Assembly: GCA_964016885.1 (NCBI GenBank)
Contig: OZ024742.1
Location: 83,762,001-83,826,000, forward strand
DNA: 64,000 bases
Direction of reading: 5' to 3'
Source: Eledone cirrhosa
Lineage: Eukaryota
In this document: positions 25,712 to 39,058 of the stretch, one piece after another
Layout: the number at the start of each line of letters is the position of its first letter
Position numbering within the stretch: position 1 is the first letter of the stretch
Program-made: the position numbers and the translations under genes
Notes under the pieces: model-generated
What the model was told of the DNA's origin: nothing
Database searches by the model: none
What the model saw: only the letters and a program-made list of their open reading frames with translations

Positions 25712-25969
25712 GAGCAGTGGAATTGGAGGGGGGTACACCACCACCACCAATAATTATATTTTTCTCCACAAACTACCAAAACACACATCTATTTGGATAT
25801 GCCCTACAATTTATGTACATGTTATGTTTATTGCCTATCAAAGTTTTCTGACCAAATTAGAGTGCAAAAAGCTCAACTAATCACTACAACAAAATGATCT
25901 AATTGCACCACCGCCCCTATTCAGAAGTGTTTCCTCTGCCCCTGTTATATACATATATATATTATAGTA

Positions 25970-26117
25970 AAGAGATCGCATGTCGCCTGTCAACTATCGT
26001 CCAGTCAGTCTTACTAGCTGCATCACCAAACAGATAGAATCCTGAGTCAGAGAAATACTCTGGAATTCTCACAGCCTTATCTGACCCTCGCATTTTGGAT
26101 TTATCCCCAACTCCAGT
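25970..26117 (+). mobile_element. CR1 RT fragment
   Basis: Matches 41795-41950 (AACTATCGTCCAGTCAGTCTTACTAG = NYRPVSLTS). Confidence 0.8.
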
Positions 26118-26154
26118 GATCGCGCCAAAAATAGATTAAAAAATGGCTAAGAAT

Positions 26155-26845
26155 CGTGACGTGGCAGTGGTCAAGTTAGAAAGAATGTGATTAGTTGCTT
26201 ACGGCGGGTAGGCTTGTTGTTAGAAAGCGCAGCCCAATATCGCCCAATTGTATCTCAACCTAACGGGAGATTATTAAATATGGTAGAGATGTATGTACGC
26301 ATTTCTTCTAAGTTCGAATTTACACCTAATTGTGTATGGTTGACGGTATATTTAGTCAATTTCTACATGCTGTTGAAATGTTGGATAAATACTCTATCGG
26401 GGCCACCGCGAAGAGGCCACTTTCGGTTATTTGTCTGAAATTTCTTCATAGGAGCCTTTATTCTTATAGCTTGGTCTAATTGATTTTTTATATGGTTAAT
26501 TATGCTAATTGGTAGAGGAAATGGTATATATTTTATCTGATAATTCTAAAGACATGATTTATGATATATTGCTCTGATTATTGGCAGTATCGGTAGAGGG
26601 TCGTAACTATGCTTTCCAGCATAGTTACGTCCCTTTACGATCTGAGTTCAAATCCCGCCGAGGTTGACTTTGCCTTTCATCCTTACGGGGTCGATAAAAT
26701 AAAGTACCAGTAATGCACTGGTTAATTGCTGGCCTTGTGCCTAAAGTAGAAACAATTATTTAATTTATTAATTCTTCATTGAGCCACAACGTGACCGGTT
26801 GCAAAACATATATATCTATGACTTTATGTTTATGTATATGTAAAT

Positions 26846-26850
<5 letters not shown>
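26155..26850 (+). mobile_element. Diverged family B copy (inverted 5' piece + direct body) interrupted by a SINE
   Basis: 26155-26281 is the reverse complement of 15977-16108. 26290-26560 matches 16268-16540. 26570-26580 and 26758-26850 match the reverse complement of 15778-15883. Confidence 0.65.
26581..26757 (+). mobile_element. tRNA-derived SINE
   Basis: A box TGGCAGTATCGG, B box GAGTTCAAATCC, core GCCTTTCATCCTTACGGGGTCGATAAAATAAAGTACC. Other copies at 27541-27643 (+), 33525-33742 (-, with duplicated tail) and 53790-53930 (+). Confidence 0.85.
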
Positions 26851-26929
<79 letters not shown>

Positions 26930-26956
26930 GTAGTTCCACAACAGTTAGTTCACTAT

Positions 26957-26999
26957 ACCGAGAACAAGAGTTTCACCTTTTGCAGATCTTCAGTTCGGT
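26957..26999 (-). ncRNA. Degenerate family C hammerhead
   Basis: ACCGAA CTGAAGA tctgcaaaaggt GAAA CTCTTGT T CTCGGT. Confidence 0.5.
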
Positions 27000-27084
27000 T
27001 TGAATGAATATATATTATATATATATATATATATATATGGAGAAGAAGTTTATGAAATGGAAATGCGGGTATAAAGAATTTATT

Positions 27085-27201
27085 AGGTAACAATTGTTTC
27101 TATAGTGTATGGGTTACCTATACCTCGCTATTTGAATAATATAAAAATATTATCATAAACCGAAGGTACACTGTAATCAAACACACCATGTCATCAGACC
27201 T
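27085..27201 (-). ncRNA. Type I hammerhead with ~90-nt structured stem II
   Basis: Minus strand: AGGT CTGATGA C ATGGTGTGT...ATACACTAT A GAAA CAATTGT T ACCT. 9-bp stem II base (3 G-U) closed by C.A, inner hairpin GTACCTT..ATAATAT-tttt-ATATTAT..GAGGTAT, triplet GUU. Confidence 0.75.
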
Positions 27202-27866
27202 TTGTATTGGAATGATATGAAAATATTTTATACACTAGATAAAAGAGAAAGAAGGAGGTAGGAAGAGAAGGGAAGAGGGAAGTGAGTAAGGTGGAGGGAG
27301 TTCTAAGATTTAAGACTGTCAGACTAGTAGAGATTGTAAGGAGAGAATGTTTTGGCAGCAGTTAGCTTAATGAGGCGTGTTAGGGTTGGCGGGGGAAGTA
27401 AATTCTTCTAGTGGTGTTGTTCGGACAAAATTTAGTTAAAGGGGTCAAAGTGGTACAGAGTTACAGACAAGTTATTGGGGCTATTATAGTAGCAGGTTAT
27501 TTCTAAAGGGGTCCAGAAAACAGTGTTTAGTACTATTATTGCCGAGGTTGACTTTGCCTTTCATCCTTACGGGGTCGATAAAATAAAGTACCAGTGATGC
27601 ACTGGGTAATTGCTGGCCTTGTGCCTAAAGTAGAAACAATTATTATAGAAAGCCATATCTTGTGTATAAACATATAAAACAGAAATTTGCAAACGGTGGT
27701 GTAAAAAGGTAACATTATATGTATTTAAAAAAGAAAAAGTCGTTTTCAAACGATGGTTACAGTATAGTGAACGTTCAATTTTGCTGTTCAAAAGTTTGTT
27801 TACCGACGTTAAAATGCAGTATAATGCAAATAAGGAAGTCAAGTATGTTATAGATCAGTAAATAGC

Positions 27867-27913
27867 TGCTCCGAAGAATCCAAACCTCGGTTTGGAGGAA
27901 ACAATTGTAAGCA
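27867..27913 (+). ncRNA. Type I hammerhead, core variant CCGAAGA
   Basis: TGCT CCGAAGA A TCCAAACC-tc-GGTTTGGA G GAAA CAATTGT A AGCA. Palindromic stem III, triplet GUA. Confidence 0.7.
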
Positions 27914-28282
27914 AATAAATGACTTAAACTGAACTTTGATTACTGTAATCTCTCTCTCTATATATATATATATATATACAGTGGTGGGCTGGCCAGGTCG
28001 TCAGTTTGCCTGATGGGAAGTGGACCCCTCGGTGGTCTACGGTAGTACTTTAGTGGTCAATGCCAAAACTTTGCTTTCAAACAAAATATCAAAATTCCTA
28101 GAGAAAGAATAATAAATTAAGAAAAAAAAGAAAAACAATTAGGATCGAGTATATATATACATATATATATGTGTGTGTGTGTGGAGATGGGTAGGGGTGG
28201 GTGTGAGTGAGTGTGTGTGTGTGTGTAAACAATATACGAAGCCGAATTTTTGGTTTTTGAAGCGCTGAGATTATATGTAATT

Positions 28283-28546
28283 ATATGAATATAAAGAAAG
28301 CGCTTAAGCGCAGAAATGCTATAAAGATAGCTCATAAAATGGGGTGAAAACCGTTAAAGGAAGGAAAAAGAATTTGCCAACGACCGCTATGAGGAATTGA
28401 ACACCATACTCTTCAGGTACAGGCGAGAAGATATCTGGAAGATTCCTCATAGCGGTCGTTGACAAAATCCTTTTCCGTCTTCACCCTATTTTATAAGGTA
28501 TCTTTATAAGATTTCTGCGCTTGGGCACTTTCTTTATACTCATATA
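28283..28546. repeat. Imperfect ~260-bp fold-back in (TA)n
   Basis: ATAAAGAAAG..GCGCAGAAAT..CAACGACCGCTATGAGGAAT / ATTCCTCATAGCGGTCGTTG..ATTTCTGCGC..CTTTCTTTAT. The spacer has GTAC-CTGAAGA-GTATGG on the minus strand. Confidence 0.75.
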
Positions 28547-28577
28547 TATATATATATATATGTGTGTGTGTATAAAC

Positions 28578-28719
<142 letters not shown>

Positions 28720-29523
28720 ATATATATATATATGTGTGTGTATATATATATATATAAAATGTGTGTGTATATATATATAAACGAAGCCGGTATGTAAGGA
28801 TATTTAATGAAAGCAGGAAAGACGATAATGTTTTCAAAGATGAATGTTTACAATATGAATTTTTAAAAACTGGTAGTTTATTTTGTCAACCCCGGAAGGA
28901 TGAGAGGGCGACCCAAGCAAAATTGAACTTGAATATCTATTAAGTGCGGTTATGCAATGTGATGCTGAGAAGGTTTAGGTGGGGTGATAATTTTTTCAGT
29001 ATTTCCATTATTAGAAACTAGGTTTATTTACCTTAGCCATAAAAAGATCAACTCGTGGTGTGGAAGGAAGATTGGCTGATCAGAGAAGCAGAGGTCGGCA
29101 ACCAAAACGATGGCTTGACAATGTCAACTTATGGACTGGACTTGATCTTTGCTCTTTGAACTCTGCTGCTAGTGATCGAACATTGTGGAGAGGGATATCA
29201 GATGTTGATGCGCAGTCTGCAACTGGCGGAGTTTAGCGTCACAAGGGACCTTAGCCATTGTATTTCGCTATATTATGTGTGGTAGACATACATATATATT
29301 TTTATATTCTTCTAGTTACTAAAAGTGATATTGTCAGATTTCAAGAAGTCTTCAAGGAAACTGTCTTCCAGTTGCAAAGTAAGGCTAAAATGCATGAGGA
29401 AAGGAGATCATGTATATGTATATTGGGCTGTATTTGTAAAACACGCACGAGCGTATCTATGAATATATGTGTAGGCATGTCAATGTCAATGTCTCTCTCT
29501 CTCTCTCTCTCCCTCCCTCCCTC

Positions 29524-29591
<68 letters not shown>

Positions 29592-29964
29592 GACGACTAT
29601 TTCAGTCCAGAAATAGCCGTCGAATCGGCTTGAACATTTTTCCTATATATCTATACTATAAAGCTGACGGCCGTATGTAGGTAACAAACTTTCCGCCAAA
29701 CGGCTGGACCAAACAGCATCAAATTTGCACAATAGGTGTAACTTTTTCCAAGTAAAAAAGTGAGGGTATTTTCGTCTACTGAATTTTGTTAAAAGATTAA
29801 AGACATTATTTAAATATTCACTTCTTTAAAATTTTCAAATGTCAACACTTCCTGTTATACGACATTCCTAACGTCTTCACGAACCAAAGTATCATCTTCC
29901 TGTTTTCTTACGGTTGCAACGTTTTCCGAAATATTTACTTCTGCGTTCACAGATTGATTTTTTT

Positions 29965-30015
29965 AGTTTCAGAAGATCCCGTTAAGGGTGAAAGCAGCAA
30001 TTCTTTGCTTAAACT
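29965..30015 (+). ncRNA. Second copy of the CAGAAGA-core hammerhead-like motif
   Basis: Differs from 322-372 at one loop base. Homology starts at stem I and ends in TA repeats. Confidence 0.6.
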
Positions 30016-30943
30016 TTAATCTGTTATTTTAATATATATATATATATAATTATATATTCATGTACAGATATTTTTGCATACACAAAAACAAAATATAAAC
30101 AAACGTATTTATTTCACGAAAGCACAGACCGCTTATCGTCATTGTTACTGCCGATATGCCACCCAAAAAGTCCTAGCCTGGCCGCAAGATCAGATTTTCC
30201 AGAAGAAAAAATGTTACTAGAGCAACAGAGAGACTAAGCCTCGCGATTACTATCAACAAAGCTCAGGGTCAAACCTTAAAAGTGGCTGGCCTTCATCTGG
30301 GAAAACCATGGTCAATTGTATGTAGGATGCTCTAGAGTGAGCTAAGGAAGAGGAGAGGAAGGAGAGAAGGAGAAAAGAAACCTACAATGAAAGAACATCT
30401 TAAAGTTTACCCAAGGCAAATGTTGTATTTATTAACATTTCTATACGCAGGTTCTTAGCAAGCTTACTGGCGATTTAGTATGGTATTCAATTCTCATATC
30501 GTTTTTGATTGATATGGTGCATATATCGCAGCTATTCATATGTTTTAAACATTATATAACGATTGATGATGTATATTGTATGACAGAATTAGCTGAAAAA
30601 TATTTTGAATAAACAAATAAAAGAGATATAAAAGAGAGATGTTTGTTGGTTGGTTTCTTCGCGTATCACACGAAAAAAACGAAAAGTGACAATCGGAAAG
30701 TATGTACAGGATTCGGATGAAAGTTTATTGATACTAATTTTATAACACCAAAGAAGAAGAAAGACATACCACGTATGCTAACCAACCTGATTGTTACTTC
30801 TGGCAGGTTGGGAATCAACCAGAAGAGATTCTCTCTGCGAATTCGTTGTCAGTGATGATCGTGTTTCGCGGCCTATGTCTCCGATTCCAACGGTGGTTTA
30901 CACACACACACACACACACACGAACACTCACACAGGCACACAC

Positions 30944-31005
<62 letters not shown>

Positions 31006-31018
31006 ACGCTCACACACA

Positions 31019-31067
<49 letters not shown>

Positions 31068-31330
31068 GTCGTCGTCGTTTAACGTCTATCTTCCACGCTA
31101 GCATGAGTTTAGACGGGAATTGTCCCACTTGATGCAAGATTGGTTGTCTCGCTCGTATGGGACTGTCTGGCAGGTTTTCTATGGCTGGATGCCCTTCCTA
31201 ACACCAACCACGTTTACAGTGTGGACTGGGAGGTTTTTACCGTGTTACCTACACGGCCACATTACAGCGTGGACTGTGTGTTTTTTTGTCGTGACACCTA
31301 CACGACCTCATTTATTTAGGACTGGATGTT
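31019..31330 (-). mobile_element. RTE-tailed SINE with (GAT)n tail
   Basis: GGCTGGATGCCCTTCCTAAC.CCAACC motif plus CAT-repeat tail. Related degenerate copies near 38080, 60400-60540, 61430, 62900-63075 and 63530. Confidence 0.55.
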
Positions 31331-31586
31331 GTGGCACCAACATAACTTTACAGAGAAAGGGGTGGTGTTGATGTGGGTGGAGGAGTTGGGGTAGTGGGAG
31401 GGGGTGTATATTTGATTAAGAGGTGCCTACTGACTGAAGGTTTCGCTTTGTACTTAGGCAAGGCTGGTTTTCTATATTACTGCGTGGCGCCAAAGATCTC
31501 GGTCCAGTGACAGTCTTAGAGAGATGTAAGTGTGTAAGGTCGGAATTTATCAAATCGTCCCATATATATATATATATATATATATA

Positions 31587-31681
<95 letters not shown>

Positions 31682-31841
31682 ACACACACAATACACACAC
31701 TGTAAACAAGACAATGCATTCAATACAGACGTTTTCTCTTCTGCCGGTCTTCTCTTATCATTTGTTAACCTTGGCGAAGGTGGGTACCTCAGTTATATAT
31801 AAAGTGACAATAAGAATTGCAGCTTTTTGTAAACTTTATTA

Positions 31842-31929
31842 CATATTACAATTTGTTTCCATATCGATCAGCTCGGGTTTGAAACATGGGATCGGATCCC
31901 AATTCTTAATCGACACTTCTTCAGATATG
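31842..31929 (-). ncRNA. Type I hammerhead with ~60-nt stem II
   Basis: Minus strand: CATAT CTGAAGA A GTGTCGATTA...TGATCGATAT G GAAA CAAATTGT A ATATG. Perfect 5-bp stem I, 10-bp stem II base, internal hairpin TGGGAT-ccg-ATCCCA, triplet GUA. Confidence 0.8.
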
Positions 31930-32258
31930 AGAGTTTACATGGATGGTCCCATATATATATAATATAATATAATATAATATAAAAGAAAGATATTTATTGG
32001 TTGGTTGACTGGTTGGTTGAATCACACGAAAACAACACACGAAAACAACACACGAAAACAACACACACACATACCACGCACACACACAGAAATACATACA
32101 TACACACACATCCAAAGAGAAAAGCACAGAGGGAGAGGCAGAAAGAGAGAGTTAGGTCGTTATACAGAGAGAGATACATTTAAAGTGTTAGATATTCACA
32201 GAGAGAGAGAAACGTCCCACGAAAGTCTAGAATCGGGTTAAACTATAGATACTTTAAT

Positions 32259-32817
32259 CTTAGAATTTGCATCACCAGTCTGGAACCCCTATCTTGCTCA
32301 GAACATTGACCGCCTGGAAACTGTTCAGAGACGTGCAACCAGGCGAATACCCTCCATCAGGCATCTACCATACTCTGAACGCCTTGCTTCCCTGGGCATG
32401 GATATATTGAAGCTCCGACGTTAACCAACTTGCCAACAACAACCCTGAGTTCCTTTTTGATTTCCATGTGTCTAACACACGTGGACATGCCCACAAAGCC
32501 AGAAAACAGCACAGTTCCCATGACTTTCGGAAACATTTTTTCACGTTCAGAGTTGCTGAAGCATGGAACAAACTACCTGCATCAGTTGTTAGCTGTCGAG
32601 ACACTGCATCCTTTAAAACCTCCATGCTTCCCGAGATTCGCCAACACTACACCTAATGTTCCCCCTCCATACACATACACACATGTATATCATGACTCAC
32701 ACACTATTTACTTCCCTGACATTTGTATATTATTCTATGTACTATACATGCACCTTTGACGAGTTGTAATGCACCTGAGCACTTTACACAATAATTTCAT
32801 TATTTATTATTATTATT
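32259..32817 (+). mobile_element. CR1 LINE 3' fragment
   Basis: Nearly colinear with 42652-43190 (with an internal deletion). Ends ATAATTTCATTATT. Confidence 0.9.
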
Positions 32818-32954
32818 TTTCATTATTATCTATAGGAAGGTTTAACAATATTGCGTTAGCTTTTATAAATTCGTTTTACAGTCATTGATTTTAAAGAGCA
32901 AAGAAAAATTGATACTATATGAAATTAATTTACCCTCCAGCTTTTATCTATATA

Positions 32955-33125
32955 CTACTTACAGACGGTACTAATGAAGCAAATCACTTCAGAACCAATG
33001 TTATGCGGTATATTGCGGTGTTTCAGATGACGTCCTTTGGAGCTGAAAAAGATCATACTGACTATGGTTATTTCACAACATTTAAAATCCAAGGCCTATG
33101 TTACAATTTAATCGGCAATTTTGTT
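32955..33125 (+). mobile_element. Helitron RepHel N-terminal fragment
   Basis: HFRTNVMRYIAVFQMTSFGA...FKIQGLCYNLIG fits the Helitron F..NIR.YN..F.MTS.G...F.IQG.VYH.IG motif. Confidence 0.7.
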
Positions 33126-34599
33126 GACAGAAGAATAATGTTATTGAAAAATATGTTTATATTGATAAATAAATATATCTTTCTATCTGTCATATTCAGT
33201 TTTGTTTTATTTGTCATTGAAAAATAGAACAGATCTTCCGTTACAGATGTGTGTGTGTAAATGAAAGAGGCAGAAAGAGAGAGAGGGCGGAGAAAAGCAA
33301 TGTTATAAACCTATTTTATAAGAGCGCTGTCTGTCTGTCTGTCCGTCCGTCCGTCACTCTCACTTTATATAGTGAGGCAGAGCGCCAAGCGGAAGAGAGG
33401 TGTACAGACAGAGAAAAAGAACGCCATTTGTTTAGTGTATATGTGTGTGTGGATGTGTGTGAGAGAGAGAGTGTGTGTGTGTGACAGGAAGAGGGAGAAG
33501 ACTAAGTCACCCTCATCTTGTATAAATAATTGTTTCTACTTTTGGCACAAGGCCAGCCATTATCTCAGTGTATTACTGGTACTTTATTTTATCTTGTATA
33601 AATAATTGTTTCTACTTTAGGCACAAGGCCAGCAATTACCCAGTACATTACTGGTATTTTATTTTATCGACCCCGTAAGGATGAAAGGCAAAGTTAACCT
33701 CGGCGGGATTTGAACTCAGACTGTAAAGGGACGTAACTATGCATAAATAATGCAGAATAGAAGTTGAGATATTGAACACAATTTGGAGCGATTCGCCGCA
33801 CGAGCAGCAAAACTAAATCCTGCTTCAAGAACTTGGACAGAAGTAATATAGAAATAAACTGATATAGAAATAAAATATGTCTTTATATATTTTAAACAAA
33901 TTACACGTTAGACGAGTTGGAATGCAACCAACAAATGGGGCGGGAGCTTAGATTGGTTGGAATGGCATTGTTTAAGATTTGTTTCGTTAAAAAGGTAATG
34001 CAAAAGAATTCGCTGAATATTTAAGAAAACAACCATCTAGAAAGCAAAAACTCTTCCAAACCTTGGATTTTATTTCAAAATATATATTTCTAAACAAAAT
34101 AATTATATATATATTCCCCATAACTGAAATTAATTCACTATTTCCAAAGTGCCGAGAGGTATTAAAATCCTGTTTATAAATCAATTTGAATAAATTAGTT
34201 TTGACTGTGGTATAAAAAATAATTATCGTTATCTATATTTATTTACTTATCGCACTTACGTCTCACACGACAAACCTCGAATGAATTTTCAACGTGGAGA
34301 TGCGACAGCTGCCTTTTCCCCAATAATGCGTAGCGGCAGACGTCCAACACTAACCAAGACGAGACTTTGATGTTCAAGCCTCGTTTCGCTGCTCAATATC
34401 GCTCGATTCAGGTGGTTTCGGAGGGCCCTTCTCGCTTGCCTCGACCCCGATCGTTCGTTCTCTGGGTGTCTTCTGTTAGGCGAGCACTGGCACAGAACGA
34501 TACATTGTGGGTGCTTTCGTGTAAAAAGACGTCTAAAAACAACAAACGTAAATAATTCAAACAAAGCAATTTACGCAATAGGGGCAAGACTCGAGCGTA

Positions 34600-34900
34600 A
34601 CTCGTGGAGAAACCCCACAAAAAGCCACGGTCAACCTGTATGCTAGGGCAAGTGCCCCTTCCCAGTTGTCAATCTCCAATCTAATGGTGCATACTGAGAT
34701 AATGACTGTTCACTCTCACCATGTTTAGCACTCACATGCACTTCGCAACAAACTGGTTCGAAGGCAGTACATCCCTCCCCACCTTTACTTCTTCAAGTAA
34801 AATTCGAAGAAGTTATTCAGGGCTTCACCGAAGAGTAATGATCCTGTCCTGAACCCTTTCAAGCGCATACACCACGCAGCCCCTTTCTCTCTGGCCACAT
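34600..34900 (-). mobile_element. Old Tx1-like 3' fragment
   Basis: AGGGCAAGTGCCCCTTCCCAGTT and CAGGGCTTCACCGAAGAG resemble 4540-4840. Confidence 0.6.
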
Positions 34901-34904
34901 AATA

Positions 34905-35255
34905 TCCCCTAAGTTTCAATTCCAGGAGGCCCTAGGCACCTGGGAAATTTTTAAATTGTAATTTCATGGGATCCTAGTCTCTTAGGAGATCCCATAAGTT
35001 TCAGTTTCATATGGACATAGTCTGTTTCGAAATTTCAGTTTTATGGGCCATTGGTTACTTGGGAAATTCCCTAAGTTTTAGTTTCATGGAGCCCTCGTCT
35101 CTTGTAAAATCCCCTTTGTTGCAGTTGCCTGGAGCACTAGTCTTTGGGGAAATCCTCCAAGCTGCAGTTTCATGGGGACCTAGTCACCTGAGAAATCCCT
35201 TAAATTTCAGTTTCGTGAGGGCCTGGTTACTTAGGGAATACACTAAGTTTCAGGG
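34905..35255. repeat. Degenerate ~40-bp minisatellite, about 8-9 copies
   Basis: Repeating CCCTAAGTTTCAGTTTCATGG..CCTAGTC.CTTGGGAAAT. Confidence 0.75.
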
Positions 35256-37552
35256 CTTCTTATCAGTAACCATTTCATTATATAATGGATTCATTTCAAT
35301 AGAATGCATAAAAATAGACGCAATTAATATTTTTCTAAAGGAGAAAAAATAAATGGTAAAAAACATGCACTCTCACTCACTCGCTACAAGGGGCGCTGGA
35401 GTTTCTCTCTAATCTGTTTTTAGGCAAATCGACACACATTCACAGCATTGCCACGGGTGATAGCGTGGTTAAAACGCCAGAATAATCAATTGGTTCTAGT
35501 GTATTAAGATATGTATAGTCAATTTTAGAGGAATAGTTATATTTATCGGGATATGAAGACACAAACTATGCGCGAAACAATTATTGTCTGGAGTTCTACT
35601 GCTGTCAAACTATTTTGCAAGGAGTTAATTTATAAGGGAAATTACTATGCTCTAAGTTAACTCCCTTTACAGCTGAAATTATCATCCATATTACGTCGTT
35701 TTACTTTTGACTTCAAACAAGGCACATATAATTGGTGATTCTTTTTTTTTTCGGCTAGTCTTTTAAAAATAAGCTCAGAAAAAACCAATAGTAAATAAAT
35801 TTCAAATGCAATAAATAACAAATAATTATGTTTAAATTATAACGTGAAAACCGATGATGACGTTTTCACAATATTGCAAATGCAATTTTTTAACCCAAGT
35901 TTGTAGAGGTGTTCGACTGCTGTGTGTGTAGTGAAGAGATTCTGTTAGTTGAAAGTTGTTCATAACGTTGATCATGAAACAAGTAGTATCTTAGGTCTGG
36001 TTTCAATAAACAAAACCATAAATTTAAGTCGCTTAAATTGCATCATATGGAGTAAACTCTATGATCGGAACAAGTAAATGATGGTTTTCGTTGATAGTGT
36101 GTGTAAACAGTTCAAATGTAGTCTAAATAGCGAGACGTGAGGAAGAGAAAAAGTCTAACAGCTTGAGTATGACGTTTCATGGGGAGTAATGCTTTTGATG
36201 GTAAATAATAGATGGACTAATACTAGGTGGTTGGGGGAGAAGGAATAGTGAAGAATACAAAAGAGGGAGATCACTACGTGTCACATGTTCGACAACGGTC
36301 AAAGAGGGGAGATAATCAATGAGGGTCGTGGCAAAATTGGAAAACGAAGAGAGAAGGCCGTATTTGGACCTTACAAAATATCGATAATTATTGGGTTTAT
36401 AAAAAGAAAAACCCAATCATCCTGTTATTTTACGAATATAATTTCTTTTTATTTATTTATCTATTTGTTTATTTATTTCGATATGTGTAGATGTTGGATT
36501 ACTGTAATTTATATGCTGTTCATCTATCTATCTCTATATATATATATTACTAAAAGTCTGATTGCTTGCTTGCTTGTCTGTATTGTAATACAGCCAAAAG
36601 GGTGCATAATGGAAAAATACTTTCAAATGAAGTTGACCCTGAAATGGGAGTACAAATGGAATAAAACAAATTTCGCATAAATTGAAGCACAGGTTCCCCA
36701 GATATGGGGTTTTCTGGGTATTTTCATAAACAGAGAGAAGAAGGATAGAGAGAAAGAGATAGTGGTGTGAGAGAGTAGATTGAAAGAGAGACAAAGAAAG
36801 AGGGAGAGGAGACAAAGAAGGAGAATGGAAGAGAGAGAGATAGCTGGTGGTGTTGTTGTGTATATATATATGTGTGTGTGTGTGTGGTGTCTATGACCAG
36901 TATATATAGATCACAGACACCCTCATATGTATATATACACACACACATATATACATGTATACAAACACACACATTTATATATATATATATATATATACAT
37001 ACATACACACACACACATATATATATATGGGCCTTCCAGTTTCATTTCATATTATATACATGTCTGTATATTTTAATTATTTAAAATTATTTTTAAGTGA
37101 ACATGATTTTTTTTTAATATTTTGAAGCAAACATGGCCCAACAGGTCACGGATGGTCTAGTAATTAATAGAAGTGAAAGAATACTTTTAAAAAATGTTTA
37201 TCAATTACACTGCATGACAAAATAAAAAAAAAGTTTCTTTCGGAGGAGATAATTAAGGTGATTTTATGGTGCTCTTTCTGCTCCATCACATCTAGGTTTT
37301 GATCTACAAAGTTCCCCCCCCCCCTCATATATCAAATTCATAGAAATGTAATCTAACATGTCACGTGTTCCCATTTGTTGTTTAAGAATGCCTTTGATTA
37401 TTCCTTTTGTGACAACCTTTATAGGGAGAGCTGTAAAAGTAAATATAACACATATTAAGATCATGTTTATGTTTAGATGTTATTGTGACTTGTATCATAT
37501 TGATAATTGTTCACTGTGGACTTATTTTTTTTATTTCTCTACTTCAATTTGC

Positions 37553-37780
37553 ATGGCTTCAAGATATGTATGTCACAATGACTCGGATCACTTTTGCTAC
37601 ATCTGTGGGTAATATGGATTCAAGGACTGTAGGAGAAACATCATAACACCCATACAAGCATAATACAAAATGAAACTTGGCAACCCAGATAAATGTTTTG
37701 CTCCACATATTGTATGCAGAAGTTGCAGTGATCTACTTTCCTTGTGGTTCAGTGGCAAGCTGAAGCAATCCTTGATTGAG
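37553..37780 (+). pseudogene. Decayed DNA-transposase N-terminus (CxNxxDxFCYICG...LGxxDKxxAPHxxCxxC family)
   Basis: MASRYVCHNDSDHFCYICG* then MKLGNPDKCFAPHIVCRSC. The motif is familiar from invertebrate DNA transposons; superfamily not assigned. Confidence 0.6.
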
Positions 37781-39058
37781 TACTGATTGGTCTGTGATGA
37801 CATGTCCAACCCTTCTTAGAACAGATGTTACATGCTGCTGCTACTGATGATGATGATATATCATCATAATCTAATGTCTATTTTTTTTATGGGTTATCAC
37901 AGATCACATTAGTACTTAATTGGAGCTACTAACCTCTACTAACCTCTAAGACAAGCCAGAAACATACATCTCACATACAATAAAACACTCTATAGAGTGC
38001 AGTGGGGGCATTCTATCATGGCACCTGCACTTGGGTGGGTGTTATGCCTTGGACATATGCCCCTTTGTTTGGAAAATGTTCTACAGCTGGATATCCTTCC
38101 TATCACAAACCACTTTACAGAGTGTACTGGGTACATTTATCATGTATACGTATAAAGACTTTAAAACCAATAGCTTTGACTCAATGAACCATCATTGAAT
38201 TCCTACTGATTACTACCTCAATTATTCTGCTGATTACTACCTCAATTATTCTTAATATCGTAAGAGGAAAAATGGCGACAAGGAAGGTCGCTTGACCACG
38301 TCTTGACCAAACAAAATATAATATTTTCACCAAAAACTGCCCTTTAAACACATGTCAGATGGATTACAATATTCATTATCACAATTACTTTCACTGTTCC
38401 CTGACAACTAGTACCAGTTTCAAGATAGAATTATCTTAACGAAGTATATATAATTTGACTTGATTTTCGCCAACGAACCACGTGTGGACATGGACGGGGA
38501 AAAAAGGAAAAAAAACAAAACAAATCACTACATCCCTTAAGGATCGCAGTAAGTACTCCACAAAACATATAAACAACAATATAACGCAGATTTATATACA
38601 GATACATACCATATGCATATACACACACGTGAAAAGAAACCACACTATTGCGTGTGAGACACTATACCGGCCAATTTTACCAATTTACATTGGTAAAATA
38701 TTTCTTAACATTGACTTCGCTTCTAACCCACATACACCTTTTAATTATATATATATACTAGCAGCTGAAAGTTAATAATTTGAAAAAAAAATATTATTGA
38801 AAGTTTACTATAAAGAAGCAGTATCAGGGGAAAAAAAAAACAAAAAAAACGTTATTCGCTGTTAATAAACAACTGCCTTCTACAGTACGTTTCATTTAAC
38901 TTACGCAGCATATTTATTTGTTTACATGCACAGACTCTTCTACACACACACAACATTTAGGAAAACGGAAACAAAATACACAAAAAAACAGACATTTTAT
39001 TTCTATCGTAATCAAGTGCGCTAAACCTATATTGTTTACATTCTGTGTTTTTCTACGG

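Noticed and set aside
35880-38320. Possible additional gene start (unique-looking sequence, ORF 36285-36680, AAAATGGCG near 38270)
   Set aside because: No convincing ORF, splice structure or homology; the ATG near 38272 closes after a few codons.
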